Source of the DNA: Longimicrobiales bacterium
GTDB lineage: Bacteria; Gemmatimonadota; Gemmatimonadetes; Longimicrobiales; Gaopeijiaceae
NCBI GenBank assembly: GCA_965202985.1
Contig: CBDBCF010000001.1
Span: 256,001 to 320,000, forward strand
Direction: 5' to 3'
DNA: 64,000 nucleotides
Position numbers and translations under genes: made by a program. This document shows positions 41,569-51,528 of the stretch, piece after piece. The notes beneath the pieces are model-generated. The model saw only the letters and a program-made list of their open reading frames with translations. It did not search any database and was not told where the DNA came from. Position 1 is the stretch's first letter. Each line of letters begins with the position of its first letter.

Positions 41569-43868
41569 TGCGTCTGGGTGCGCAGCAGCCAACTCCGACA
41601 AGCCGGCTGGCCACCACCTTCGCGCTTGCGACCATCGCCCTGGCAGTCGCGGCAACCGCCTCCTGCGACACGCCCGAGTTCGTGGACCCGTCCGGCCGGA
41701 CACCTCCGCCTCCGCCGCCGGTCGAGGGCTCCGTGTCCGGCGTCGTCCGCGTCGAGGGCCAGTCCACATCCGGCGTGCGCGCGTCCCTGACCCCGGGCAG
41801 CGCCTCCGACTGGACCGACGCGACCGGCTCGTTCCGCTTTGCCGGTCTGGACTCGGGTTCGTACACGGTCGCGATCACGCCGCCGCGCCTGACCGCCTTC
41901 GACAGCGTCGCCAAGCCGGCGACCGTGTCACGCGAGTCGCCGCACGTTGTCGTGGCGTTCAACGGCGCGTGGTTCCCCACGGCGTCGATCCGGGGCTTGG
42001 TCGCCATCGAAGGACAGCCGGCGGACCGCACGGTTCTCTTGACCGGCGACGCCATCGAGGCCGACCGCGAAGCGCCGGGCCCCGAGTTCGCCTTCGACAG
42101 CTTGCCGGCGGGACGCTACGTCCTGACCGCGCGGCCGCTGTCCACCGAGCCGGACCTTCGCTTCGACACGCTGGAGATCGAGTTGGAGCGCGCCCAGGCG
42201 GTGGTGGACACGGTGAACGGAGCTTGGCTTCGGACCGCCGCCATCCGCGGCTCCGTGGTCATCGACGGGCTGGAAGACCGCACCCCCGGAAGGCGCATCG
42301 TGCTCGAATCCGGCGTCCTCCCCGACGACAGCTTGGTGTTCGTGCTCGGGGGCTCCGGCGGCTTCGCCTTCAACGACTTGCGCGCCGCGTCGTATACGGT
42401 CACGGCACGCGCCGGCTCCGAAGAGGACGTGGCCTTCGACCTGACGCGCGTGAACGTGTCGCCCGGAGACACGATCCTGCAGAACGCCCGGGGCCGCTGG
42501 ATACGCGAGTCGGCGATCGAGGGCTACCTCACGATCGACGGCAAGCTGATCGAGCCCCTGCCGCACAGGGTCATCCGCCTCACGGCGCCGTTCCTGCCTT
42601 CGCCGTTGGAGTTTCTGTCGTCCAGGAGCCCGTCCACGAGCACGGCGTGGTTCGCGCGCGAGCGCCTGCGGTCCGGGCGCTACACGGTCACGGCCGTGCC
42701 GCTGAACCACGAAGCGGGACTTGTGTTCGACCGCGTGTCCGTCACGGTGGAGAACTACCGGGTGGGCCGCGTCGCCGTCAACGGCCAGTGGCAGGGCGGC
42801 CTGGCACAGGCCAACACCACCGCCTACCTGGTGCAGTCGATCCAGCGAAGAGACGGAGCGGTCGATCTTGTGCTCGGCAAGCCGACGCTGTTGCGGGCGT
42901 TCGTCACGTCCACGCTGCCCCGTCCGTGGCCCGATTCGGTGACCGCCGACATCGTGGTCGAGGTGCCCGGCGGCACGATTGCTCGGCGCTTTCGCCTGGA
43001 GCGCGGCCGGTCGCGCACCAATACGGGGCTGCCGGACGCGGTCAAGGAATGGTACTTGGGATCGTCCTACAACGTGCTGTTGCCCGACGGCATCGTCGTG
43101 CCCGGCAACGGCCTTCACGTCACCACGCAAGCCCACTTCGGCGCCGCCGCTCGGCAGTCCTTCAACACCGAGAGCCGCTTTCGCCACGATCAGCGGCGGG
43201 CGGTCCACGCGCCGGCGAAGGACTTTCGCGTCATCGTGGTTCCTTTCCACACAGGCGACCAGGAGGCGAACGCAAGGCTGGACGCCCGCGTCGGGGGCCT
43301 GAACCGGCGGGACCCGTTCTTCGCGCTGGCGCTGGAGGCGTTGCCGCTGGGGGTCTTTTCGCTCGACGTGCGCGATCCCGTCAGGATCGACCCGACCGCC
43401 TACGGCTCGATCTGCTCGTGGCTCGGCGTGCTGGACGAACGGAGGCACGGCGACCAGACCAGCTTCTACTACGGCGTCTTCGACTACTACGCCGACGACG
43501 TGGGCGGGCCGTACGCGGGTTGCGCGTGGCTGGGCTTCCCGACCACCGTCGGCTTCATCAGCACGACCGACCCCGGCCGAGCCGCCGGCACGTTCGCCCA
43601 CGAGATCGGCCACAACCTGTCGCTTATGCACGCGCCCTGCGGCAACCCGTCCGGCGTCGATCCCAACTTCCCCTACCTGGGCGGCTCGATCGGCGTCTGG
43701 GGCTACCGGGCGTCCACCGGCGAAGTGGTGCCCCACGACATGCCCGACCTAATGAGCTATTGCGGGGGCGGCAACGAGTGGATCAGCGACTACCACTTCG
43801 AGCGGGCCTTGGATTTCGTGAACACCGCTTGGTCCAAGCGCGACGGACCCAAGATCGCGATCCCGTAG
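41568..43868 (+). CDS. Lipoprotein with beta-sandwich repeats and a metzincin (M66-like) metallopeptidase domain
   Basis: Lipobox ATASC; repeated G.I.G.V..G modules; HEIGHNLSLMH and Met-turn DLMSY. Confidence 0.85.
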   Translation: MRLGAQQPTPTSRLATTFALATIALAVAATASCDTPEFVDPSGRTPPPPPPVEGSVSGVVRVEGQSTSGVRASLTPGSASDWTDATGSFRFAGLDSGSYTVAITPPRLTAFDSVAKPATVSRESPHVVVAFNGAWFPTASIRGLVAIEGQPADRTVLLTGDAIEADREAPGPEFAFDSLPAGRYVLTARPLSTEPDLRFDTLEIELERAQAVVDTVNGAWLRTAAIRGSVVIDGLEDRTPGRRIVLESGVLPDDSLVFVLGGSGGFAFNDLRAASYTVTARAGSEEDVAFDLTRVNVSPGDTILQNARGRWIRESAIEGYLTIDGKLIEPLPHRVIRLTAPFLPSPLEFLSSRSPSTSTAWFARERLRSGRYTVTAVPLNHEAGLVFDRVSVTVENYRVGRVAVNGQWQGGLAQANTTAYLVQSIQRRDGAVDLVLGKPTLLRAFVTSTLPRPWPDSVTADIVVEVPGGTIARRFRLERGRSRTNTGLPDAVKEWYLGSSYNVLLPDGIVVPGNGLHVTTQAHFGAAARQSFNTESRFRHDQRRAVHAPAKDFRVIVVPFHTGDQEANARLDARVGGLNRRDPFFALALEALPLGVFSLDVRDPVRIDPTAYGSICSWLGVLDERRHGDQTSFYYGVFDYYADDVGGPYAGCAWLGFPTTVGFISTTDPGRAAGTFAHEIGHNLSLMHAPCGNPSGVDPNFPYLGGSIGVWGYRASTGEVVPHDMPDLMSYCGGGNEWISDYHFERALDFVNTAWSKRDGPKIAIP

Positions 43869-43879
43869 CCTCCGGAAAG

Positions 43880-44206
43880 CTATGCTTGCACGCTCTCCAG
43901 TGCCCGCTCGAAGCTGACCAGCCGGCGGATCAGGGCGTTGTAGCGCGAGTGGGCGTCCGCCGGGTGCCGGCGCTCAATGGCAAGGTACAGCGCGATCTCC
44001 GGCGACGTGTCCGGCGGCGATGTCGACGGCACGTCCAGCCCCGCGGCCCGGAGCCTCGGCGCCCCGACCAGCACCAGCAATGCCTCGACGGTAATGTCGC
44101 CCCGGCGCAACGCTTCAAGCCCGGACGCCACCAACTCCGCTCCAGGCAAGTTGCACGGAAACGGCAACGGCTCGGCCGCCGAGGTTGGGCCGCGCGCGTC
44201 GGTCAC
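43880..44206 (-). CDS. Small helical partner of the DUF6036 protein
   Basis: LPGAELV..GL..L, AHSRYNALIRRLVSFERALE; overlaps the upstream stop. Confidence 0.7.
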   Translation of the reverse strand: MTDARGPTSAAEPLPFPCNLPGAELVASGLEALRRGDITVEALLVLVGAPRLRAAGLDVPSTSPPDTSPEIALYLAIERRHPADAHSRYNALIRRLVSFERALESVQA

Positions 44207-44757
44207 TTGCTCCCGGCCTGTCCAGACGTCATTGCGGCCACTGCGCCTTCAAGCTTCGTCCGAAAGCAGTGTGCGGTAATGGCGGGGTAGCGCACAAGTT
44301 CGGGTTCGATCTCTTTGAAGAACGACGCCAGCCGGACCGGGGCGATCAGATCCAGCGCGTGCATGGCCTGGACATCGCGCAAGTCTTGTACATGTCCGCG
44401 TTCGATCTTGGCCAGCGCCTGGCCGTAGAAGTCGTAGTGAAAGAAGTCGACAAGCCCCTCCCGCGATATGAAGCGGCTCCGCTCTCGCCACCCCGGCACG
44501 GGCGGCACGAAGTCGTCGGGAGCCGACAGTTCCACGTTGATCTTCAACGCCTCCTTGGCTCGGGCGATCGCGTCCAGCGCTCCCAGCGGCTCAGGGTCCA
44601 GCTTCAGGTCCACATCGATCGTCGTGTCGCGCCAACCCAGAAGCACCGCCGAACTTCCGCCCACCAAGTAGACGCACCCGCCGCTGCGCGACTCTGCGCC
44701 GATCCGTCGCATGAGCCCCCGCACTTGAAGGGCGCCCGTCGTACCGCGCCCGTGCAC
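44203..44757 (-). CDS. DUF6036 family nucleotidyltransferase
   Basis: YLVGGSSAVL.GWR..T.DVD, INVE...P..F.P, AKIERG...D..D; start uncertain. Confidence 0.8.
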   Translation of the reverse strand: MHGRGTTGALQVRGLMRRIGAESRSGGCVYLVGGSSAVLLGWRDTTIDVDLKLDPEPLGALDAIARAKEALKINVELSAPDDFVPPVPGWRERSRFISREGLVDFFHYDFYGQALAKIERGHVQDLRDVQAMHALDLIAPVRLASFFKEIEPELVRYPAITAHCFRTKLEGAVAAMTSGQAGSK

Positions 44758-44794
44758 GCCGCCCGAGTTGCTCAGGTCGCCCGGGCCGCCCGGC

Positions 44795-45484
44795 CTAGTC
44801 ACCCGTCGCCGGCCCGCCGTCCGACAGTTGCGCGACCAGCGCATCCAGGACCCGCCGCGAGGTCCGCTCTTCGCGCCCGAACGCGTACTTCCACGGCCCC
44901 AACGCCGCCAAGACGCCGCCCGCCAACGCCGCCGGCACGACCACGACCGCCGTCGCCGCCCCCAACGCCGCGGTCAGCGCGCCCGTAGCGGCCGCGGCAA
45001 TGGGACCCACGCCGCCGCCGAGCACGAGCAACCCGTCCCGGTAGTTGCCGAGCACGCGAATGCGGGTCGCGTTCCCCTCCGGCCGTATGGAGACGTAGCG
45101 CCCTCCCATGGCGCTTCGGGCACGCCATTCGAAGCCGCCCAGCACCTCCTCCACGATCCCTTGGCGCGCGAACTCGCTCCGAATCAGGTTCAGCAACTCG
45201 GGCAGGCGCTCCCGGGTCAGCGGCACCGGCACGCGCCGTTCCAGCTGCACCGTCGTGGGCATCCCCAGCACCGCCCCGGTCACGGGCCGCGGACGCCGCA
45301 ACGCCAACGACCCCGCCGCCGTTTCTATGCGGGTCGCGTCGATCCCCGCTTCCGCCCCGATCTCCTTCAGTTCGGCAAGGGTCAGCCCCCGCCCCGGCTC
45401 GCCCTCCGAACCGTCCGCCGCGGGGTCCACCGCCCGCCGCAAGATCAAGGCCACCTCTTCGTCGCTGTAACGACGTTCCGCCAT
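44795..45484 (-). CDS. Hypothetical membrane protein
   Basis: RRYSDEEVALILRRA, GLTLAEL.EI..EAGID; two C-terminal TM segments. Confidence 0.75.
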   Translation of the reverse strand: MAERRYSDEEVALILRRAVDPAADGSEGEPGRGLTLAELKEIGAEAGIDATRIETAAGSLALRRPRPVTGAVLGMPTTVQLERRVPVPLTRERLPELLNLIRSEFARQGIVEEVLGGFEWRARSAMGGRYVSIRPEGNATRIRVLGNYRDGLLVLGGGVGPIAAAATGALTAALGAATAVVVVPAALAGGVLAALGPWKYAFGREERTSRRVLDALVAQLSDGGPATGD

Positions 45485-45511
45485 CTGGTTCCCCGCCTCC
45501 TCCCCGTCCCT

Positions 45512-47977
45512 TCAGTTGTTGATCCCGGCCAGCGCCTCCAGCCGCGCCCGGGCCTCGTCGAACACGCTCGTCAGCTTGGGAATCGCAGTGTCGCCGTAGC
45601 CCGCTTCCAGCCGCGCACGCGACGTCGCCAGCACTTCCAGAAGCTCGCGAGCAGCGGACCGACGCGCCACGGGGTCCGTGCTTCCGCGCTCGCCGATCCA
45701 CACGGGCGCGGTGTGGGCAAAGGGCGACGTGTCCATCGACGGCCAGCGGGTCTCGCCGCCCTGGGCGCGAGCGGCGATCCATCCGCCGGCGGGCAGTTCC
45801 AAGGCACCCTCGTACTCGCGGCTCCCCGGAGCGTCCAAGCCGGCTCCGCTCCAGGCGACTTGGCCATTGACAAGCACCTCCACCTGCGAAACGGGCGTGG
45901 CGCTGGCCATCTCCAGCGACCAGCGCACGCGACCCGGCCCCGCGACGCCGCCCGGCCCCGCGACGATGTCCCCGCTCTCCACGCGAAAGTCCAGGAACGG
46001 GCCGTTGGTCACGAACGAACGCCCCTCGCGAAGCCCGTCCAAGTACGCCGGCCAGTTCGTCGCGCCGCCGGTCTGCACGTACACACGGGTCGTGCCCAGC
46101 GCCATTGTGCGGTACAGGTTGAGCATGACGTCGGTTCCGGCCGAAGGCGCCACCTCCAATCCCAGGTTCAGAAGCCGATGCCACAGGGCGGCGGTGCCCT
46201 CGAAGCTGCTCCACAGGCACATGATCTCCAGGGCGTCCACATGGCCCAGCACGGCGTCCGCCACCAGCTCGACGGGGACCCGGCCCCGACCCTCTTCCGA
46301 GAACGGGTCGGCCACGGCCACCGGGTGCACGTAGTAGCCCATTCCGCCATTGCGGCGCGCAAACGACAGCACCTCGGCGTTGCTCCGGTCGTCGGCGCCG
46401 AACACTTCGTAGCCGGGACCCCAGACCCACGGCCAGTGCAGGCCCGGCACTTCCAGCAGCCCCACGTGTCCCAGGAAGTGCGAACGAACCTCCTGCCCGA
46501 AGCGGACCAGCGGCGGCCCGCTCGGCGTCTCCCACCCCCACATTTCCTGGTCCTCGTACCGGTTGTGAAGGTTTGCCAGCAAGGGCGTGGCCATGTCCAG
46601 ATCTTCCCCTCGCATCTTGAGCAGCATGTCCTCCGGCGACAGGTCGTAGGGTCCGCCGTAGTTCAGGTGGAAGTGGTGGTCCCCGGAGACCCAGCCGGTT
46701 GCGCGCGCGTCCCAAACCGGGTCCAGGTCCAGCACCACTTCGGCAACTTCTCCGGCCGTCGTCACGACGCTTGCGCTCGACTCCGGCGTAGCCAAGCCCC
46801 ACACTGCGGACACGCGCGTCCGGCCCGCCGGCACGACTACCTCCACCAGTCCGGGACTGTAGAAGAAGACTCGACCGTTGGCGCCGTCGAAGTGGGGGGC
46901 GCCGATCTCCGGAAGCGCCGGATGGCCGGATTCGTCCACGGCGCTCAGGCGGGCCGGGACCGTTCCTTCCTCCCCGGCGACCCGCGTCCGAATGCGCAAT
47001 CGGGACATTGCCGCGCCCGGCCCCCAGTCCCAAGCGCGCACGATCACGTTCTCGACCGGACCGCCCGTGCTCGGCACGCGCCTCAGGCCCACCCGCTCCT
47101 GCTCGTCGGCCTGCGCGAAGTAGACCCAGCGGCCGTCCGCGCTCCAGGCCGGCGCCAGCGGCGGCACGTCCCCGGCGAACAACCGCACGGGCGCTCCGGG
47201 CCGGGCCAGGTCGTGAAGGCGCAGCTCCCAGCCGTCGGGGCCGGGCCAGTTGAGAGCGAAGGAGCGTCCGTCGGGGTGGAGCGCTGGTCGCGCCATCGAC
47301 GCGATGCTTCCCGAGACGAGGGGCCGGGCGCTTTCCGCGGTGCGGAGCTCAACGCGATCGCCGCCGCGCTTGGCCAGCACCAGAATGCCCGCCCCGTCGG
47401 CCAGCGGCTGGGGCCGCATCTCGAGACCGGGGTCGGAGGTGAGGGGCCGGGCGTCCCCCGTGGCCATGTCGGTGACCCAGACGTCGAGGGTTCCCGCTTG
47501 CCCAGAGGTGTAGAAGAGGACGTCGCCGTCGGGCTGCCAGGCCGGGTCCAGGTCGAGCGCGGGCGTGTCGATGAAGGCCAGCTCGACGCCGGATTGGGCA
47601 TCGGCGATCACGATGCGAGTGTCGGCGCCGTCGTCACGCACGAAGGCGATTCGGTCGCCGTCGGGGCTCCACGCCGGGCGAAAGTCCATGCCGCCCCCGC
47701 TCGTCAACCGTCGGGCGATCCCCGACTCCAGGTCCATGACCCATATCCAGCCCCGCGCCGAGAACGCCAGTCGCCGCCCGTCGGGCCCCGGCGCCGGGTC
47801 CATTGGGCCAACCGTCAAGACGGGCAACTCGTATCCTTCCAGGTAGACGTGATGTCCGTACCCCTCCACCCTGGGATACCGATTCCGCCATTGCGCCGCG
47901 CCGGCCACCGGAACCGCGCCGACCAGCAGGGTCAGTAGCGCCGTTGCAGCAACCGCGCGCCAAGTCTCTTGCCTCAT
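45512..47977 (-). CDS. Secreted PD40/TolB-repeat plus PHP (CehA/McbA-like) metallohydrolase
   Basis: Signal peptide; PAWSPDG repeats; SGDHHFH, GQEVR...GH, YVHP, AGTD, GRSFVTNGP. Confidence 0.85.
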   Translation of the reverse strand: MRQETWRAVAATALLTLLVGAVPVAGAAQWRNRYPRVEGYGHHVYLEGYELPVLTVGPMDPAPGPDGRRLAFSARGWIWVMDLESGIARRLTSGGGMDFRPAWSPDGDRIAFVRDDGADTRIVIADAQSGVELAFIDTPALDLDPAWQPDGDVLFYTSGQAGTLDVWVTDMATGDARPLTSDPGLEMRPQPLADGAGILVLAKRGGDRVELRTAESARPLVSGSIASMARPALHPDGRSFALNWPGPDGWELRLHDLARPGAPVRLFAGDVPPLAPAWSADGRWVYFAQADEQERVGLRRVPSTGGPVENVIVRAWDWGPGAAMSRLRIRTRVAGEEGTVPARLSAVDESGHPALPEIGAPHFDGANGRVFFYSPGLVEVVVPAGRTRVSAVWGLATPESSASVVTTAGEVAEVVLDLDPVWDARATGWVSGDHHFHLNYGGPYDLSPEDMLLKMRGEDLDMATPLLANLHNRYEDQEMWGWETPSGPPLVRFGQEVRSHFLGHVGLLEVPGLHWPWVWGPGYEVFGADDRSNAEVLSFARRNGGMGYYVHPVAVADPFSEEGRGRVPVELVADAVLGHVDALEIMCLWSSFEGTAALWHRLLNLGLEVAPSAGTDVMLNLYRTMALGTTRVYVQTGGATNWPAYLDGLREGRSFVTNGPFLDFRVESGDIVAGPGGVAGPGRVRWSLEMASATPVSQVEVLVNGQVAWSGAGLDAPGSREYEGALELPAGGWIAARAQGGETRWPSMDTSPFAHTAPVWIGERGSTDPVARRSAARELLEVLATSRARLEAGYGDTAIPKLTSVFDEARARLEALAGINN

Positions 47978-48179
47978 GTCTCTGCCTTTCGCCCCGGGCA
48001 CTATTCGCGATCCCCCAGCATCGGCCCCGAGGACCGTCTCTGGCAAGCGCGCGCCGCCGGCCTTGACACATGCTCGCGACGAGCGCGACAGTTTGGACCA
48101 GTTCGACAGTTACCCACTTTGCGAGGCGAGCGCGACGGTCACGGCGGAGTCGCCCCGCAATGCAAAACGGAGACGAACC

Positions 48180-48794
48180 ATGAACGCATTCCCTACCCCG
48201 ATTCGCCCGACCCTCTCCCCGCTTGCGCCCGCATACCGCAGCTCGCTCGCCTTCCGAAGCCTCCCCGCGCTCGGCAGACTCCTCGCCCTCGGCAGCTTCC
48301 TCCCCTTCCGCAGCTCCCTCGCCCTCGGCGGCTTGCTCGCCCTGGGCCTGACCGCGATTCTCGCCCCAGCGACAGCTCAAGCGCCTCCGGCCCCCGACGG
48401 CCACGGCAACATCTTCCACGACGGCAGCGCCCTCGCCTGGGGCGAGCCCGACAACGGCGTCCGCTTCCTGCCCCTCTACGGCAGCTACGACCAGGAGGGC
48501 GAGTCCTTCGCCTTTCGACTGCACGTCCAGCCCGGATTCGAACTCGGACCCCACACCCATCCGGGCGTGGAGCATCTGACGATCCTCTCGGGAAGCCTCT
48601 TCGTGGGCATCGGCGAGACCATGGATCGGGCGGCAGCCATCGCCTATGGACCGGGCAGCTACCTGGCGATCGGCGCCGGCGTGGCGGCGTACATGTGGGC
48701 TGCGGAAGAAACGGTGGTGCAAGTCCACGGGATCGGCCCGTTTTCGACCGACTTCGTGGAGCCGGTCGGCAACCCATCTCGCCCACGCAGGTGA
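48180..48794 (+). CDS. Secreted cupin-domain protein (DUF4437-like)
   Basis: PHTHP..EHLT.LSG...G.G, GPGSY, VQVHGIGPF. Confidence 0.8.
   Translation: MNAFPTPIRPTLSPLAPAYRSSLAFRSLPALGRLLALGSFLPFRSSLALGGLLALGLTAILAPATAQAPPAPDGHGNIFHDGSALAWGEPDNGVRFLPLYGSYDQEGESFAFRLHVQPGFELGPHTHPGVEHLTILSGSLFVGIGETMDRAAAIAYGPGSYLAIGAGVAAYMWAAEETVVQVHGIGPFSTDFVEPVGNPSRPRR
48237..48344 (+). repeat. Six degenerate in-frame 18-bp units in the cupin leader
   Basis: Encode RSSLAF RSLPAL GRLLAL GSFLPF RSSLAL GGLLAL. Confidence 0.65.
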
Positions 48795-49351
48795 CGCTCT
48801 CCCGTCGCCGCCCCCCGACCCGCGGCCACTCGGGCGCGGGCATGGGCGCGGTCCTGGCCATTGCCCTGCCCGCCGTGTGCGCTTCGTCGTGCATCCCGTC
48901 GGAGGCGCCCACGCTGAGCCGCGGCGACCCCGCGCCCGACTTCGCCGCCGTGTCACTGAAGGGTGGATTCCCCGTGTCCTTGGGCGACTACCGCGGTCAC
49001 ACGCTGCTAGTAAACCTGTGGGCGACCTGGTGCGAGCCCTGCAAGACCGAGACGCCCTACCTTCAGTCGCTCTACGAGGAGCATCGCGACAGGGGCTTGC
49101 GCATTCTGGGCGTGTCCGTGGACCGCAAGGCCGACCTGCGCGCCGTGGCCGACTTCGCCCGGGACATGGGCGTCGAATACGACATTGCGCTGGATCCCAC
49201 GGCAACGTCGAGAGAGGCGTTCCGCGCCCGGGGCCTGCCCACGTCGGTCCTGATCGACCGCGAAGGCGTCGTCTACTTCAGCTGGATCGGCCCGGTGCCC
49301 GAAGACGACCCGACCTTCCTGGCCGGCCTGAACGACGTGCTATCGCGCTGA
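48791..49351 (+). CDS. TlpA-family disulfide reductase
   Basis: APDF, LVNLWATWCEPC..E.P, GLPT..LIDR.G. Confidence 0.9.
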   Translation: MTLSRRRPPTRGHSGAGMGAVLAIALPAVCASSCIPSEAPTLSRGDPAPDFAAVSLKGGFPVSLGDYRGHTLLVNLWATWCEPCKTETPYLQSLYEEHRDRGLRILGVSVDRKADLRAVADFARDMGVEYDIALDPTATSREAFRARGLPTSVLIDREGVVYFSWIGPVPEDDPTFLAGLNDVLSR

Positions 49352-49549
49352 ATCGCCCCGCGCCCGCTTTCTTATCCACATCACGAAGCCCCCGACCATC
49401 CCCAGCGGCAACAGCGTGAGCAAACCCGTTGTCGCCAGGAATGCGATCCGCGCCTCGTCGTCGCGGTCGAAGCAGACGGGGCACGCATAGGCAAGGTCGG
49501 GCGACAAAGCGAGCAACCCGACGGCGCACGCCAGTGCGGCCAAAGGCAT
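49340..49549 (-). CDS. Small CPxC membrane protein of the oxidase operon
   Basis: Signal-like leader, ACPVCF, one TM helix. Confidence 0.65.
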   Translation of the reverse strand: MPLAALACAVGLLALSPDLAYACPVCFDRDDEARIAFLATTGLLTLLPLGMVGGFVMWIRKRARGDSAR

Positions 49550-49562
49550 CCTCGCACGCACG

Positions 49563-50162
49563 CTACAAGTACACCTGCAGGTACAGGAAGGGCCAAACCA
49601 GCACCACGAAGTACCAGAACAGCGCCACGGTGGACAGCGTCTCCTTGGCCAAGCGGCCCGCGCGCAACCGCCCCCAGGCCCACGCCAGCGCGCAGATCGC
49701 AACGACCGCGTGCAACGCGTGGGCACCGATGATCGTGTAGAAGAGGCTGCCGTAGGTGGAAGAAGTCAGCGTGAGTCCTTCCGCGAGCAGCGCCGCCCAT
49801 TCCACGCCCTGCAAGGCCACGAAGGCGCCCCCGAGCAGCGTCGCCAGCAACAACAGAACGCCGACCCCCTTCTGCCGGTCCCGCTGGTACGCCCGGTGCG
49901 CCACCAGCAGCAGAACGCCGCTCAGAACGAGCGCGCCGGTGTTGACGGCGGTTCGCTCGAAGGGAAGGCGCGGCTGGCCCGGCGGTGGCCACACCGAACC
50001 CAGCGCCCGCGACTTCACGATCACGAACGCGGATATGAAGCCCGCAAAGAGCATCACCTCCACGAACACGATCAGGATCATCCCCATCACGCCGTTGGAG
50101 AGCAGCTTGTCCGGCTTGCGCGGGCGAGGCCGGAACGGAAGGATCGTCGCGTCCGCGGTCAC
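49563..50162 (-). CDS. Cytochrome c oxidase subunit III-like protein (second paralog)
   Basis: E.M.FAGFISA, NT..L..SG, Q..EW, YGSLFY...G.H.LH, FWYFV. Confidence 0.85.
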   Translation of the reverse strand: MTADATILPFRPRPRKPDKLLSNGVMGMILIVFVEVMLFAGFISAFVIVKSRALGSVWPPPGQPRLPFERTAVNTGALVLSGVLLLVAHRAYQRDRQKGVGVLLLLATLLGGAFVALQGVEWAALLAEGLTLTSSTYGSLFYTIIGAHALHAVVAICALAWAWGRLRAGRLAKETLSTVALFWYFVVLVWPFLYLQVYL

Positions 50163-50181
50163 GGCAGTCGGCCCTCCCTCC

Positions 50182-50949
50182 CTATGCCTCGCGCCGCCGC
50201 CCGGCCCGCCACTCCCGAAGCCCCTTCAGCGTCTCCAGGATCAGCAGTCCGGCGCCGATGCTGAGCAGGATCGCCACGGCGTTGGTCCCGACGGCCACGA
50301 GCCCCACCACCGACCAGAACGCCGCATGCGTGAAGTTGTACCCGCCCGGCAGCAGGTTGGCGTTGGACTTGGCGGTGGGCACCAGCCCGGCCTCCGAGCC
50401 GCCGGCATCGCCGTCCGAACCGTGCGTCGCTTCGCTGTCGTGCGCGTCCGTCGTCCCGGCAGCCTCGGCGTCGTGGGTCGTTCCGGCCTCGCCGGCAGCT
50501 CCCGCATCGTGCGCTTCCCCCTCGTCCCCATGGGCCTCCGGCTCCGAAATCCCGCGCGCGACCGCCGCCTGCGCGGCCACGTTCTCCCAGTTGGCGCCGG
50601 CGTGGTTCTGCACGTCGGGCGCAATGCCGCCCCAGAAGAGCGCCAAGAGCAGCACCGACGCCGCCAGGAACCACTTCGCAATCGGCCGCTCGATCGACAG
50701 ATGCATGAAGTGCTTGACGACCAGCCACGCCTTCACCACCGCGATCCCGAACGCCGTCACCAACGTCACGAACGTGGCCACGCGGATGCCCAGTCCGGGG
50801 AACTGGCCTTCGCCCAGCCTGGGCGCCACCATGGGGCCCACGATGCTGATCGCCAGGAGCCCCATTAGGATCAGGTAGATCTTGACGTAGTGGTTGGAAA
50901 GCCAGCCGCCGGAGCGGGCGTCGGAACCGGAGTTGGAGTGCGCGGCCAT
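50182..50949 (-). CDS. Cytochrome c oxidase subunit IV family protein, extended
   Basis: YVKIY..L..L, A.VKA.LV...FMHL..E; acidic/His linker and extra TM segments. Confidence 0.8.
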   Translation of the reverse strand: MAAHSNSGSDARSGGWLSNHYVKIYLILMGLLAISIVGPMVAPRLGEGQFPGLGIRVATFVTLVTAFGIAVVKAWLVVKHFMHLSIERPIAKWFLAASVLLLALFWGGIAPDVQNHAGANWENVAAQAAVARGISEPEAHGDEGEAHDAGAAGEAGTTHDAEAAGTTDAHDSEATHGSDGDAGGSEAGLVPTAKSNANLLPGGYNFTHAAFWSVVGLVAVGTNAVAILLSIGAGLLILETLKGLREWRAGRRREA

Positions 50950-50958
50950 ATCAGTCGC

Positions 50959-51524
<566 letters not shown>

Positions 51525-51528
<4 letters not shown>

